Shown piece after piece: positions 1 through 13,463 of a stretch of DNA of 64,000 nucleotides (positions are counted from its first letter, which is position 1; every line of letters starts with the position of its first letter). Under the pieces are notes generated by a model that saw nothing but the letters and a program-made list of their open reading frames with translations, had not been told where the DNA came from and searched no databases. Source of the DNA: Blepharisma stoltei ATCC 30299 (Eukaryota > Protista > Ciliophora); contig CBFDEM010000033.1 of NCBI GenBank assembly GCA_965603825.1, forward strand, positions 434,001 to 498,000. The letters run 5' to 3'. Made by a program: the position numbers and the translations under genes.

Positions 1-282
1 AGAAGAAATCTCTATGCGAAGCATGTAAATACAGCAAATGCTAATAGTCTGCCCCCTGCAAAACCAAAAAAAGTTGTAGAAAAAGAGAAAAGTTCTCGAG
101 AAAAAGCTATTGAATTTGCAAAAAACGTTCCGAAGCCTATTCCCAAACCTAAGGTAGTTGCTAAGGAGGAAACAAAAGAATATTCACCTATAAAGCCATC
201 AAGCTTGCTGATAGAACAATTGGAAAAACATGAGCTCTACAAAGCGAAAATTCAGGAAATCAAAGCTCAATTCTATATGTAA
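1..282 (+). CDS. 3' end of JHY-like ciliary protein (partial, runs off window)
   Basis: Frame 1 is open to TAA 280-282: ...SSREKAIEFAKNVPKP...LIEQLEKHELYKAKIQEIK. This resembles the conserved JHY C-terminal motif (KALEYAKxIPKP...LxxRH). Confidence 0.55.
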   Translation, partial: RRNLYAKHVNTANANSLPPAKPKKVVEKEKSSREKAIEFAKNVPKPIPKPKVVAKEETKEYSPIKPSSLLIEQLEKHELYKAKIQEIKAQFYM

Positions 283-637
283 ATGCATATAAGCTGATAG
301 TAAACCTTATGTAAATTATTCAATAAAATTTATAATTGAAAAGCCTTATTTATTAAGATGGGGCATTCAAATTAAATTAAATCAAACCAAATTTTAATTA
401 TTCACATAAAAGAAGACTTAAATAGAAAATATGATCCTGCATTTTAGGTAAAAGCTATTTAAAAATATAGATCAATTAATGAAATAACAAAAATATTTCA
501 CATTTACAATTTTCATAATAATTTTAATGACAGTAAAATGAAGAAAATGAATCACAGCACTGCTAAATTTGTTATATAAACCAATATTTCGTAAATTCAT
601 TAGCTAATTCGTAAAACAGCTACTTAATTAATAAAAA

Positions 638-982
638 ATGGTTTTTGTCTGTCCATATTCTGAATGCAAAAAGCGCTTGAGTTCAAAGTATAATTTAAAG
701 CGACATGTAGAGTGTTGCCATAGGAAAATTCGAAGGTTCGAATGCGATATTTGTTACAAAAAGTTTTCTTCATCGCAAAACCTAAAAGAGCATCTATTTT
801 TGCATGAAAACTCAACTCAAGAGGTGCTAAATCTACCCGAAAATTTCGTGCCTGAGCGAGAAATCAACATTCCAGCGTTAACTAATTTGATTTTATGGTC
901 TTATGATCCTGACTTAAGACCATTCATCAAGGTTACCCGTGTATATCCTTATCCTCCTTCAGCGACTGATGTAAAAGTTTAA
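638..982 (+). CDS. Small C2H2 zinc-finger protein (2 fingers)
   Basis: CPYSECKKRLSSKYNLKRHVECCH and CDICYKKFSSSQNLKEHLFLH; aaaATG start, TAA stop. Confidence 0.85.
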   Translation: MVFVCPYSECKKRLSSKYNLKRHVECCHRKIRRFECDICYKKFSSSQNLKEHLFLHENSTQEVLNLPENFVPEREINIPALTNLILWSYDPDLRPFIKVTRVYPYPPSATDVKV

Positions 983-1349
983 ATGCATAAATAATGAAAG
1001 AATAAGCTAATATTAAGCTTTAAATAAATTGCATCTTACATTCTATTTTAAGCTAGTTAAGTTACTAAAAATCTTTGTTCTAATGCAGGGTTCAATTTGA
1101 AGAAAAAACCAAAGAAATAATAGAAAAAATAATCCCATAGTGAAAATTTAATAAACCCATTTTGAAACTCTTTGCAACAAATTATGACAAAATTGAAATT
1201 ATTTAATTTTATAATAAAGCCTGCTAAGAATTATTTCATATCTTAATTTAATTTCTACTTTATTATATTTTTGCTAAATCCATATTTATATTATGTATAA
1301 ATTATAAAATATAAGCAATATAATTAAAATTTTATTTTTTTAATTAGGC

Positions 1350-2111
1350 TTACCACATATACGAAAAATACAGTTCTTCACCAAGCACATGGCAAAGAAT
1401 AAAATCCGACAGCTGAACCAGATTATCTAAGTCAAACCCAAAATATCCTACAAGTAGCTCACACTGAGGAAAAAGCCCAGACAGTTTTGTCAAAACTGAT
1501 AGTGTAGCTTGTATAACAGCTGCACTTAAGAGTCCAACTGGATAATCTACCAAAATAGTTTCATCCTCATGCAAAAGATCAATAATTAGTAAGGATACAT
1601 ATCTAATCATGTTTTTCACATCTTTTTCTAGTCTTTTAGTGCACAATTCAACCTGCAAGCTCACTCAGTCATGCAGTGTAGGAATTAGAGTTCTGAAATT
1701 AATTAAAGATAAGATATAAAGCTCATATTTCAAAATTTCATTTGTAAATCGAATTGATGGGGAGATTTCCAGCACAGCTTGGGGAGAGATAGGGCTTTGC
1801 TCATGGAATTTGGTTGATAAAAGAATAGAGATTGATAAAGCGATTGCAGGATCAATTGTGGGCTCGATTTGCAAGATTTTTTGGAAGATCATGTAAGATA
1901 GATATCGAGTATTTGTGCCTAATTTTAGCTTGTTGCAGTAGGCGAAAACAATTTCTGCATGATATTTTGAAATATTTGCTGAGTATTGAATTAATGGTAA
2001 GTAGCTGGGACAATATCTTTCAGTTTCATTAATAAAGTCTCTTATATCAATTTTGCTTGATTTCGTTTTATATTATTGTTTAGGCATATTGCAATTTTCG
2101 ATTAATCTCAT
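1350..2111 (-). CDS. Cyclin-like protein (5' end uncertain; in-frame TAA at 2073-2075)
   Basis: ORFs 1665-1892 and 1350-1664 join through TGA(Trp). The cyclin-box-like text YCNKLKLGTNTRYLSYMIF...ILLSTKFHE...ILKYELYILSLINFRTLIPT extends upstream of the annotated ATG. Confidence 0.6.
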
Positions 2112-2418
2112 TTACACTAAAAATTATTTATATAATTATAAATGTAGAAATTTATATAGAATAAGCTGCGACTTATTTATAAGAGAAAATATCATAATAA
2201 TCCTTTCCTTGCTCTTCCAATTATTAATTAATGATTTTTGGCTCTTTCTAATTGGGCATGATTTTTAAGAAAAATTTACAGCTCTTAGCCTATTGATTTT
2301 GATTTTTTATAAAATAATTTTTATTCTCTTATATTTATCCATTAATTATGGAGTACGCTTCTTTATTAATTTAAATTTAAATTATCAATCCTCCCTCCAC
2401 ATTTTATTTCTAAAAATA

Positions 2419-3414
2419 ATGGACAGATCTCATTACTTCCACAACTCTTATCGCCATCCAGTTTGCCGTTCATGGCATTCTTCCTCATCTTTAAAAGACA
2501 CTAACCTGATTTTGCCAATTTTTGTCACAAACACTCCTGACCAGAAATCAGAAATTGCATCAATGCCTGGAAATTTTCACTATGGCTATGATCGTGTAGT
2601 TGAAGAACTTCGTCCATTAATTGAAAGAACAGGCCCACGACTGCGTGCTATAATGCTATTTGGTGTTCTCCAGCCTCATGAAAAAGAAATCAAAGGAAAT
2701 AGCTTTAAAAATTCCCCTGTGATACCAGCCCTTGAAAGACTAAAATCTGCATATGGGCAAAAATTGCTGCTATGTGTTGACATCTGTTTATGTGGTTACA
2801 CAACGCATGGCCACTGTGGGGTTTTACTTGAAGATGGGACTATAAACTTAGCTGAATCTCAAAGCCAGCTTGCTGAAATGAGCGTTTTATTTGCTCAGCA
2901 TGGAGCTGACGTTATTGCGCCATCTGATATGATGGATGGAAGGGTTTTTTACATAAAAGAAGCATTATTACAAAAACAAATTTTTATCCCAATTTTAAGC
3001 TATTCAAGCAAATTCAAATCAAGCTTTTATGGGCCCTTTAGAGACGCTGCTAATAGTGCACCTGCCTTCGGAGACAGAGCTGCTTATCAGTTACCTTCTG
3101 CTTCAAGAGAACTAGCTATTAGAGCTGCTCTTAGAGACATAGAAGAAGGTGCTGATTTTGTTATGGTGAAGCCAGCTATGCCTTATTTAGACATTATTAG
3201 AGACCTCAAAAATACAGTCCAAGTCCCTATTTGTTGTTATCAGGTATCAGGAGAATTCGCCATGATTTATCATGCAGCTCAGGCTGGAGGAATTAATTTG
3301 AAAGAAGTAGTATTAGAAAGCATGCAAGGATTTTTAAGGGCTGGAGCACAGATCATTATTACTTATTTCACACCAAGTTTACTCGACTGGATAGCAGAAA
3401 GTTATAATTCTTAA
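2419..3414 (+). CDS. ALAD: Delta-aminolevulinic acid dehydratase (porphobilinogen synthase), Zn-type
   Basis: DICLCGYTTHGHCG Zn site, APSDMMDGR, SSFYGPFRDAA, GADFVMVKPA, YQVSGEFAM; likely start MDRSHYFH at 2419. Confidence 0.96.
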   Translation: MDRSHYFHNSYRHPVCRSWHSSSSLKDTNLILPIFVTNTPDQKSEIASMPGNFHYGYDRVVEELRPLIERTGPRLRAIMLFGVLQPHEKEIKGNSFKNSPVIPALERLKSAYGQKLLLCVDICLCGYTTHGHCGVLLEDGTINLAESQSQLAEMSVLFAQHGADVIAPSDMMDGRVFYIKEALLQKQIFIPILSYSSKFKSSFYGPFRDAANSAPAFGDRAAYQLPSASRELAIRAALRDIEEGADFVMVKPAMPYLDIIRDLKNTVQVPICCYQVSGEFAMIYHAAQAGGINLKEVVLESMQGFLRAGAQIIITYFTPSLLDWIAESYNS

Positions 3415-3439
3415 GATTAGTTTATTGCTAAGATTTAAT

Positions 3440-4240
3440 ATGGGAGAAGTTGTAGGGAATGAACAATTAAGAGTGTTTTGAAATCAACTGCTCCCATGAT
3501 ATCTAGAAAATGTAGAAGTGCCTACTGCAATTTATTCAACTATGATTCCTATGTTGAAGCTAAAATCAGCAAGAAAAGTAGCAGAAACAGGGTGTGGCTC
3601 TGGAAATGGAATTGAAGTTTTGAGACTTTATCTTCCACAAGATGCAGAAATTTTTGCAAATGATCTTGCAGAAGAGATGGTTAATGTTGTTCAAAGTAGA
3701 AATTTCCTGAACACTCATTGTATTGCATGCAGTAATGATGAGCTGCCATATGAAGATAATAGTTTTGATCGATATGTCTCAAATGTGTCATTGCAGATTG
3801 TCCCAGACCCAGAAAAAATGTTATCAGAAGCTTATAGAATTTTAGCACCCGGAGGAATTGCTGCATTTTCTGTGTGGGGAAGACAAGAGAATAGCTCTTT
3901 TCACACAGTTTTAAGCGATGCTATTGAAGAAGCCATGGGGCCTAGTCAAGACCATAAAAGATCAAATTTTCATTTAAACGACCCTTTAAGGTTGAAAGCT
4001 TTAATAAAAGCTGCAGGATTTAGTAAGGTATTAACATATTTTACCCTAGCACCTTGTGGATATAGAACAGTTGAAGAAGCCATGGAATCATACTTAAGTC
4101 GACCTTCTGTCAATAAAATGAGAAGCGGTGAACATTTCGAATTATTTTCACAGTGTTTGAGAAGAAAAATTCATGAAATTCTTGTAGTAAAAGAAGAGAC
4201 TATTAGTTTTGAGTGCTTAGTGGCTGTTTCTTATAAGTAA
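3440..4240 (+). CDS. Class I SAM-dependent methyltransferase (Methyltransf_11/UbiE-like)
   Basis: ATG 3440 reads through two TGA(Trp) into the ORF; motif I ETGCGSG, LPYEDNSFD, EAYRILAPGG. Confidence 0.88.
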
Positions 4241-4302
4241 GGCTATTTTGAATTTTTAATAATCTAATATTAGATATAAAATTTATTAATTTTTTATCAC
4301 GT

Positions 4303-5055
4303 TTAAGAGATAAAATTTTCATTTCAGCACCACTGGCAATTGAAATCTGTGCTTGATAGTTTGCCCATTGGCCTCGAGCAATGACGACACTCTATAATCG
4401 TCATTGGGACTCCGTTAAATAAAGGTAGAAAAGCAGTCATCACTTGAATAACAAAATCTTTTTCTTCATAATAGCTCGTCCTCTCTGTTCTGCTCAATAA
4501 ATCAATAAAATATTCAGCAGGAATTGACTGGTATGACTTTTTACATTTATCATCAATACATCCTAAGCAGTAAGGGGAAGTAATTTGGTTGGAGTGGTGA
4601 TAAATTTTGTAGCATGCTTCAAGAATAGAAGGATAAATTAAATATACATAACAATCCATGCAGATTGAATGATTGCATTTAAAATCAGAATTTTTTACTT
4701 TGCATCTATCGCATTTATTTTGTTTGTAATTTTCTACTAAAGTGTCTTCACCTGGCTGAGAAATAGGTTCTTCATGATTTATGGGATATCTAATCGATGA
4801 AAGTTGAAGAGTAAGATTTTCTTGATGGTTACTATTATATATAGCTGATCTATCTGAATTATCAAAAAGCATTTCTGTGAATCCTTTAGTGCATTCTTCA
4901 CAAGCTGAGAGGCATTTACTCTCAGCATCACTCTTTTCAAGCAAATAAAAAAAACAGTCTGTACAGTAGCAATGCAAGCAAGCGTTTGAAAAAATTTGCC
5001 ACTCCTCAACGTGATTCGAACACCTTGAGCATTGCATTGTGAGAAAATTTTGCAT
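4303..5055 (-). CDS. Cys-rich protein with two RING-like Zn-binding clusters
   Basis: CSRC..CLHCYCTDC..C..C and CDRC..CNHSICMDC..CIDDKC, plus C-terminal CRHC..CQWC; TGA 4324-4326 is read through to TAA 4303-4305. Confidence 0.65.
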
Positions 5056-5127
5056 TTTAATAGATTATAAAAAGTAAATACATAATAGAAATTATAGAAA
5101 GATTACACGTAATAAAAATGCTAATAA

Positions 5128-8100
5128 ATGATTTTACTGTTCATTTTATTTTCTGCTGTCCTAGCTAAATACTCTGATAACGATATCAATGCACTAGAAG
5201 ATTTCATCTGATCTCAAAATAAATCAGAATCTCTTCAAAGCTTTGCTCCAAATTCAGAAGTCAAGCTTTATTTAGAAGGAAATTTGCTTCTTCAGGAGAA
5301 CAAGGGTAGTTCCAACAGATTCAAAAATATTTTAGATAAATTAAAAAACGATTCCATAGAGTTATATTGGAGGCTTTACTATAGATCTATGGTAAATAAA
5401 TTGGAAATTGGCGATGCAAAGACGAAGAAAAAGATGATGGAAAATTTTAAGGAAAATTTGTATCCAAATATTGATTTAAATGAGCAGCCTTATCAAAGCT
5501 CGAAAGCATTAGAAACAATTAATGGAAGATCTGTTGTAAGTGATAGTGATTTATTTGTTGACATGAGTAATATTGATACAAATTTAGATAGCTATAGAAT
5601 CGTTCGAAATGCTGGAAAGTGGAATTTAAATGTAGAGAAAATGAGCTTTGAAGTGTTTCAGGAGTTTTTATATGACCCGGAAGCTTTTGAATTTGATGGA
5701 GTTGAGAAAAAAATAGGAGAGTATTTCTCGTCTGGGTTGATAAGCCAAACTTGGATATTTCCTCAAATGACAGTAGACCAGTTAGAATATTTATTCAAAA
5801 ATTATCCGGTCATCGCAAATAATTTTGATTTTCTTATATTTTATTTCCCAAAAAAATATAAATTTGGAGATATAGGAGATGAAAACTTACTTTATAAAGC
5901 TTTTGCTGAAGCTTGAACTGAAATAAAAGATCTCCCAGAAAATTATTATATAAAAAGCATTATGCTCTATAATTTATTGTGCGCTGGAATCTCTATAAAA
6001 GAATACGATGAAGCAATGCTGTTAGAGTATATGAATTATCATCGTTATTCAGATATATATAAAGATAATAATAAAGGATACTCAAGGTGGGTGAGCCCTA
6101 ATGAAAATTTATCCTTCTATAATATCTCAGAAAATGAATTATTGCAAGCATATTTTAATCAATTATTCAAAGATAGAGACTCAACTTTTCCCTATGAAAA
6201 GTTTATAACAAAAGATTCTCTTAATGAGTTTTTCGCCCTTGCTAAAATTTTTAATGGAAACGATCCTTTAAATTATGAAAAAAATATCAGTAAACAAACA
6301 ATGAAAAATTTACTAGAATCATCAGAACTTGAACTCTGTAAAGTCAATCCTAAGAAATTTAACGCAAATGATGAAGTGAAGTTATGCTTATCCATGAGAA
6401 ATATCCAAAATCTCATTGTGAGCATATATGAAATTAATACTAAAGCTTACTATGCCAAGAAGGAAGCTGAATTGACAGCTGATATTGAGATAGAAGGATT
6501 TATAGCGAGTGAAGAATATAGCTATACATATAAGGCTTTTCCATTTCTTAAAAGAGAAGAAGAATTTTCATTTCCAACACTTACAGCAAAAAGAGGAACT
6601 TTTATTATTGATTTTATTGGAAATGGGAGACAAAGTCGAGCTATGATAACAAAAGGAAATTTAAAATATATTATCAAGCCATCTGAACCCGGCCAGCAAC
6701 TCTTTATTTTTGATGAAGACAACAAGGTTTGTACAAAGCAAACTTGTGGAATTATTTTAGATGGAAAATTTTACCAGGTAAGTAGCAATGGGGTTTGCCA
6801 AATTCCTTTTGCTGAAGAAGATTCAAATAAAAATCTTATTATAACAGATGGAGAAATTTCACTACTTGTAAAGGATTTCCAGCATCTGTCAAGACATTAT
6901 GAGCTTAAATCAGTATTTTTATTATATGAAGAACAATTCTTGTACAGTCAGAATGCAACAATCCAGATTAAACCATCCTTATACATGAATAGCTTTGAAC
7001 TGCCTTTATCTTTACTAGCAGAATTTGAAATTACTTTGCAAATCACTAGCATTGACCAAAAGATAAATTCAAAAATATTTAAAGCTTCGCCTTCAAATGG
7101 TCTTATATCAATTAATTTTCAAGTTCCCTATAAAGTAACTCGCATAAACATTTCAGCAAAAAGCTCAATAGGATCTGATTCAAATGTTCAACTAGAAAAT
7201 AATTATTCTATCAGCTTAAATTCATATCAATATCTTTTATCAAGACCTTATTTAAGGAAAACAAAGGGTCAAGGCTTTGCTATGGAGCTGAGAGGAAGAA
7301 ATGGGGAGCTATATAAGGGCCAAAAAGTGACTATTGATTTTCACATTTTTGAAACGAGCAACTCTGCTACTTATTTTTCAGACAATGATGGGAAGATTTA
7401 TCTTGGAGAATTAGATGGAGTTCATTTGATTTCAGTTAACTACAATGATGGCTATTTTGAATGGTCATTAGAAGATTTTAAAGAAAAAATTGCTTATCCT
7501 GAAAAAATAAATATTAAGGAAGGAGAAAATATTGAGTTAGACTTCTACCAAGCCCCTTTAATTACTATCAGATCATATAAGAAAAACACTTTATTCAAAA
7601 TGTATAGGAATCAACTTGAAAAAGATTTTACTGATTACATAAAGTATGGAAATGGAAAATTAAAAATTCTAGGGCTTTCAAAAGGAATATATGTGCTGAA
7701 GCTAAGAACGATGAATGCGGCAATCAGAATTGAAGTTTCAGAAGGTTTTGCCTTAAAAGAATTTAACTATTTAATGTTAGACTCTAAATCATTGCCCCAC
7801 AAGAGTCAAGAGTCAAGCATTTCAATAGAAAATATTAAAAGAGAAAATGGCAAGCTAATTATAGATTTTTCAGATAATTCAGAAAACGGATCAGCCTATA
7901 TACTGCTTTGCAATTACTTATCAGGCACAGTAATGAGCATTTTTAATGCCTTAAACTCAAATTCCCAAAAACAATCTGAATTTATTTATGAGGAAAATAA
8001 AATTTCTTACCTGAAAAGCAGAAGAATTAATGAAGAATTTAGATATGCTATCGATAGGAAAAAACAACCAAAGTACCAAAGTATTAATTTGCCAAAACCG

Positions 8101-11100
8101 CAATTAGCATTGAAGCGGCAAAAAATAAAAGATACAGATACTGAAGTTCAAGAAGTTGATATAGGAGAAGGATTTATTATGCGTATGGTTGAGGAAGACA
8201 ACCCAGAAATCTTACTTCTTGGCGATGATAGATTAGATCAGGCCTATTTGTTATCTGGCAGTGGCGGCTTAGAACTTTATAGTTCAGCATATTTTTTAGA
8301 TTTTTTAGAGGCACCTTCAATATGAAGCCATTTAACTATTCCAGTTAATCATCAATTGAGTATTGGTTTAGAAGAAGGCTATTCTCAAGTCATTATCTTT
8401 GCATATAAAAACGGGATTTCTACTATGAAAATATATCCCATAGATTTAGAAATGGTAAAAATTAAACCAATTATTTTAGATCCAGAAATTAATGACAATG
8501 ATTTGCGCTCTGAGCAGATAAAAAATTCTTCTGTATCTTCTGGAGAAACCCTTATTTTACAGTCTCAAGATATTACGTCGATAGAGATTTTGGATTCAAT
8601 TGAAAGCTTGCAAAATATGCAAATCAAATTATTAGATGATAGTAATGAATATAAGGAATGGTTATTTTTAAGCACTTGGTCAAAAATTAGCAATGATAAA
8701 AAGAATTATTATTTCGATCGATATTTCAGCCATGAGCTGAATTTGTTTTTATATTTCAAGGATCAGGCATATTTTAACGCAGTAGTTAAGCCTTTCATTT
8801 CAAATAAAATGGAAAAAGATATAATTGATAAATATTTACTCGGCGAATCTCTAAGCGAATATATTAAAAGTTACTGAAAATTAAATTGCTTAGAAAAAAT
8901 TTTATTGATTGATTGGGGGATAAAGCAAGGAGACAAGACTATTATCAAAGAAGCTAAAGATATAGCTCAAGATTTGATAAACAAGGTTGAACCTATGAGT
9001 ATCGACGAGGAAAAAGATTACGAATTGCTATTAAAAATCTTCCAACTGCCCCAAGAAGAACAAAATATGATTGATTTTCAAAATATAGTAGATGCTGTGA
9101 ATTTAAAATTTTTAAATTATAAAACGAGAGGAGGACTTGCTGATTTTACAATGAATGATGATTTTACATCAGGAAGCCTTAGAATCTCAAATATATATAA
9201 ACCAATCAAGAAAAACACGATAGAAAGAACGAAAGAATACAAAGAAACTTATTATTTTTCAGAAAAAGAATCAAAGGAATCTCTTCAGCCAAATCGTTTT
9301 TGGAAAGAATTAGCCCAATCTATTCTTCTTCAAAAGAAAATTCTTACCCCAAATGCTATTTTTTCACTATCAGGCCTTACAGAATTAATATCAGTTTTAG
9401 CATTTATGGATCTTCCAATTTTATCATCTCCTCTTAGCTATTTTTCTAATGGTTCTACAATTTCGATAGCATCAGACCATAACTTTTTAGCCTTTTATAA
9501 AGACCTTTCCAAAACTCCGATCAACCTTGACCCAGAAATTTTAGTTTCACAAAAATTTATAAACCCTAAAAATCCTAATTCTCAAGTTAAGCAATTCCTT
9601 ACAAAAACCCGTTATGAAAGTAAAATAATAGTTACAAATGCATCTGATATGAACAAATTCGTATATGTTTTACTGCAAGTACCTGGTGGAAGTATTCCTA
9701 TATCAGACTCATTTTACATTAAAACTGAATGCAAAACAATTGGGTCTTATCAAACAGAAATTTTTTCATATCAGTTTTATTTCCCTGAAGAAGGAAATTT
9801 TACAATACACCCAGTTGTTGTTACAAGAAATCAAAAATTGATTGGAAATACAGAAGTGAAGAAGGCAGAAGTATTGGGAAGCATCAAAAATATATCAGCA
9901 GATAATATTGAAGACTTTGCGATAAATGGGAATGAGGATGATATAATGAAATACCTTCGAGAAAATAATTTATATTCTTCAGAGAGATTAGCAAGAAATA
10001 TTTATCATAGGATGAAAAATTGCAGCTTTTATACAAAAGCAATTGCGATATTTAAAGAAAAGAAATATTTTGATGAGCATTTATACTTGTATTCGATGCT
10101 TCATGAAGATTATCCAACATTTTATGAGCTTTTAAGAAGAAATGAAGATTTTGTTCAGAAAATCGGATATAATTTTGAATCCTCTATAATAAAAACTGGC
10201 AAAGAGGATTTTACTCATTATGAGTATTTTCCATTGATAAATGCAAGAGCACATAATTTAGGAGCCAGAAAAGCTATCACGAATCTCCAATTTAAAGAAA
10301 CTTATTACAACTTCTTGATGTTCATTGCTGAAAAAAATAAACTGGACATCATTGATTATATTTGTTTATGCCAATATTATATTCTTCAAGATAGATATAC
10401 AGAAGCATTGAATTTCTATGATAAACTAAAAGAATTAGGTATGAAAGTATCAGAAATATCGCCAAGCCATGGACTATTGCAAATTCAATTTGATTATTTG
10501 TCAGCTTTTCTTTACTCATCTATTGCTAAAGAACTAAGCTCACTATATGCTAATTATCCTGTAGAAACTTGGAGAAATAACTTTATGGAAATTTATCAAT
10601 CCTTATCAGATTCCAAAATTGAAGATGAGAGTCAAGAAGAAATCTCAAGGGAGCCCGCTTTAAGCTTTACAATTGAGAACAATAATCTTAGCTTGACCTA
10701 CCAAAATGTGAAAAAGTGTGAAGTGAAAATTTATTATATTGACCTTGAAATCTTATTTTCAAAAAATCCATTTTTCATTCAGGATCCATCAAATTTTGTA
10801 TTTTTAGCTCCAAATTTACAATTCTCATATGACTTACCTGAAGTTTCCACAACGATTCAGCTGCCAAATGATGTCAAAAGAAAAAGTTTTGTAGTGGAAA
10901 TTGACTATGGAGAATACTCGTCTATAAAAACTGCTTTTAATGCAGCTTTAAAGACAATGATAATTGAAAGATATGGTCATATTAAGGTAATGAGTGAAGA
11001 TAATAATCCAAGATCAACTACTTATGTCAAAGTTTTTGCAAAATTAGCAAGCGGAGAAATAGAATTTTATAAGGATGGGTATACAGATAAGAGAGGGGCT

Positions 11101-11232
11101 TTTGACTTTATCTCAATGAATTATGATAAGTTGTCAAGTGTCGATAAGTTCGCGATCTTAGTAGTTGATGAAGAATTGGGATCTTTAATAGTAGAAGCAA
11201 GCCCACCAAAGACTTTTACTAAGGATTTATAA
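5128..11232 (+). CDS. Giant (2034 aa) secreted protein with macroglobulin-like beta-domain features
   Basis: Four ORF-track fragments share one frame and are joined only by TGA codons (5914, 8323, 8875). N-terminal signal peptide MILLFILFSAVLA-KY; C-terminal YVKVFAK...FYKDGYTDKRGAFDF. Confidence 0.85.
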
Positions 11233-11401
11233 TCAATTTGATGATTTAATAGCTGTTGTTTAGTTACATAACTTTTATAACTCGAAATTGATTTAGATAA
11301 GTATATCTTTATTTTTTAATTTATTCAATTAACTTACAATTAATATCTCTATTTTTCTTCCAAAGCTATGTGCTCTGTTTAAGAATAACAGTTGTATAAA
11401 A

Positions 11402-11974
11402 ATGAAAAAGCAAGGAGGTTTTGGCAAATTTGCCAAAAAGTTCAGAATCATGGCCGCAATCGAAAAAGAAGATATTTTACTCCTAACTCGCTTAATGACT
11501 ATTTTACATCACACCCCTGAGATGCCTGTAGATAAACTTGGTAATAACATGTTCCATATGGCATGCTATATGGGAAAAATCAAAATGATGAAATTTGCAT
11601 TTGAAAATTATCATCTAGATATTGAGCAATATAATGCAGATGGTTTAGCTCCAATTCATCTAGCTGTAAAAGGTGTTAGCATTGAAGCTGTAAAATGGCT
11701 TTGGGAGCATGGAGCTGATTGCCATATAGTTACACAAGTCTGAGAAAAAAGTCCAATTAAGTTATGTCAAGAAATGCTTAAGGATCCAGAGCATACTAAA
11801 AATTATGGGAAAATAAGGAAAATTTTGGATTATTTGAGAGAATTATATTTTATTGATAAAAGAGGATATGAAAGAAGAAAATTTATTTGGGCTTATCAAA
11901 AATTCAAAGATAAAAACAAGTGGATAGGGAAATTTCCTTTAGGCATGGCAAGAGAAATTGCTGAATTTTTATAA
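11402..11974 (+). CDS. Ankyrin-repeat protein
   Basis: GNNMFHMACYMG and GLAPIHLAVKGVSIEAVKWLWEHGAD; TGA 11741-11743 is read through in frame. Confidence 0.85.
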
Positions 11975-12045
11975 TGATAATTTAGAGTTCCTAAATCGCA
12001 CTAAAATAATTTTTAATTATGAAATATTTAAAATCATTAAATTAA

Positions 12046-13431
12046 ATGACAAATTTTTGGTTTTTGCTGATTTTCTCACTATTTTTTGAAATTTTCTGCT
12101 TTGCGATGACTCTTGATATTAATCAAACAATTAAAATCACTCAGCTAACAGAATGAAACGATTTTCCTATTCAACTCGTTACTTCAAATATCACCGACAC
12201 ATACATCGCTATTAAACTTGAAATAATCGAGAGGCAGTTTCAATCATTTCCTCTTTTATATTTAGGAATAAACTTTGAACCTGATTTTGATAGTCATATA
12301 AATCAACCGAAATTCAATTACTCGGATTATCAATCCTTTTTAAATCAAGAAGAAACACAATGAATTATATTGCAATATGATAGCAAGTTATCAAGCTCCA
12401 GTCTTTATATTGGGATTTGATATGAAAATTTTACCAATGGACCAATACAATATAGCTTATCATTCTTTCAGTCAAATAAACCAATATGCCCTTCAATGTG
12501 TTCTGGCAATGGGCAATGCAAAAACCTTGGGAAATGCTCTTGCTATAGCTCTTATGTAGGTAATGATTGTGAAACTACGACATTTTCTATTGGATTTAAT
12601 GAAAGTAGGTGGGTTGATGTTAAAAGTGATGATAAAACATATTTAAAATCTGATGCATTTCAATGTAACTTTTATTTAGGAGGGTCTGATGTTGTTTTAA
12701 AATGCTCTTTGTCATATGGGGAAGCAGTTTTATACATAGGGTTTCCAACTAATGAGTAAATTTTAGACAGTACTTCAAATCTTCCTAATAAAGAGTCTTG
12801 CGCTTATACTCTCTATTTGTCTCAAGACATAAGATTTATTCACAAAAGCATAAAAACATCAAATTCCTATGGATTTCTTATAATAGGAATTTTTAATACT
12901 TTAAAAGACTCAGGAAACACATTATCAGTAAAATGCTACTTGTCGCATGATAACTCATCCTCGTCCAAAAGCACAAACATGGTGATCGTATATGCATTGG
13001 TTGGAATATCAATATCTATTTTTGCCTTATGAGTTATTGGATTTATTATTAAATGTCGATGAAGAAGACATGCAGTAGACAATGAGCACTCCCCAATGGG
13101 CATAACAAAAGAATCAATTGAAAGTTTATTTCCAAGTTTCAATCTGAAGAATATTGATGACGCAGATATACCAATGTGTATGATTTGCTTAGAAGATTAC
13201 AACCCTAAGTCCAAGGTAAGAAAACTAGGCTGTGGGCATATTTTTCATATGAGCTGCATTGATGAATGATTTAGGCATCATAAAATCTGTTGCTTATGCA
13301 AAAGAGACTGTGAAAGTGTAAATAATAGTGTTTTACCTGAAAATATTGCAACATTTAATATTGAGCAATCAAGAAATTTAAGTGACTCTTTTACTGGGCT
13401 TATTGCTGATGAGCTAAATAACGAGGAATAA
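12046..13431 (+). CDS. EGF-TM-RING-H2 membrane E3 ligase, copy 1 (~451 aa)
   Basis: Signal peptide; EGF CPSMCSGNGQC..CSC..YVGNDC; TM MVIVYALVGISISIFALWVIGFII; RING-H2 CMICLEDY..CGHIFHMSCIDEWF..CCLC; 15-nt introns 12665-12679 and 12756-12770. Confidence 0.88.
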
Positions 13432-13463
13432 TGCGAAATTTATTTAAATATTAAATTAATATA

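Noticed and set aside
2293-2418. 42-aa hydrophobic N-terminal extension of ALAD
   Set aside because: Begins at TTG in AT-rich intergenic DNA; the ATG at 2419 fits the enzyme's normal length.
8884-8900. CLEK as a thioester (CxEQ) motif in the giant secreted protein
   Set aside because: The essential Gln is absent and there is no preceding G(C) context; probably coincidental.
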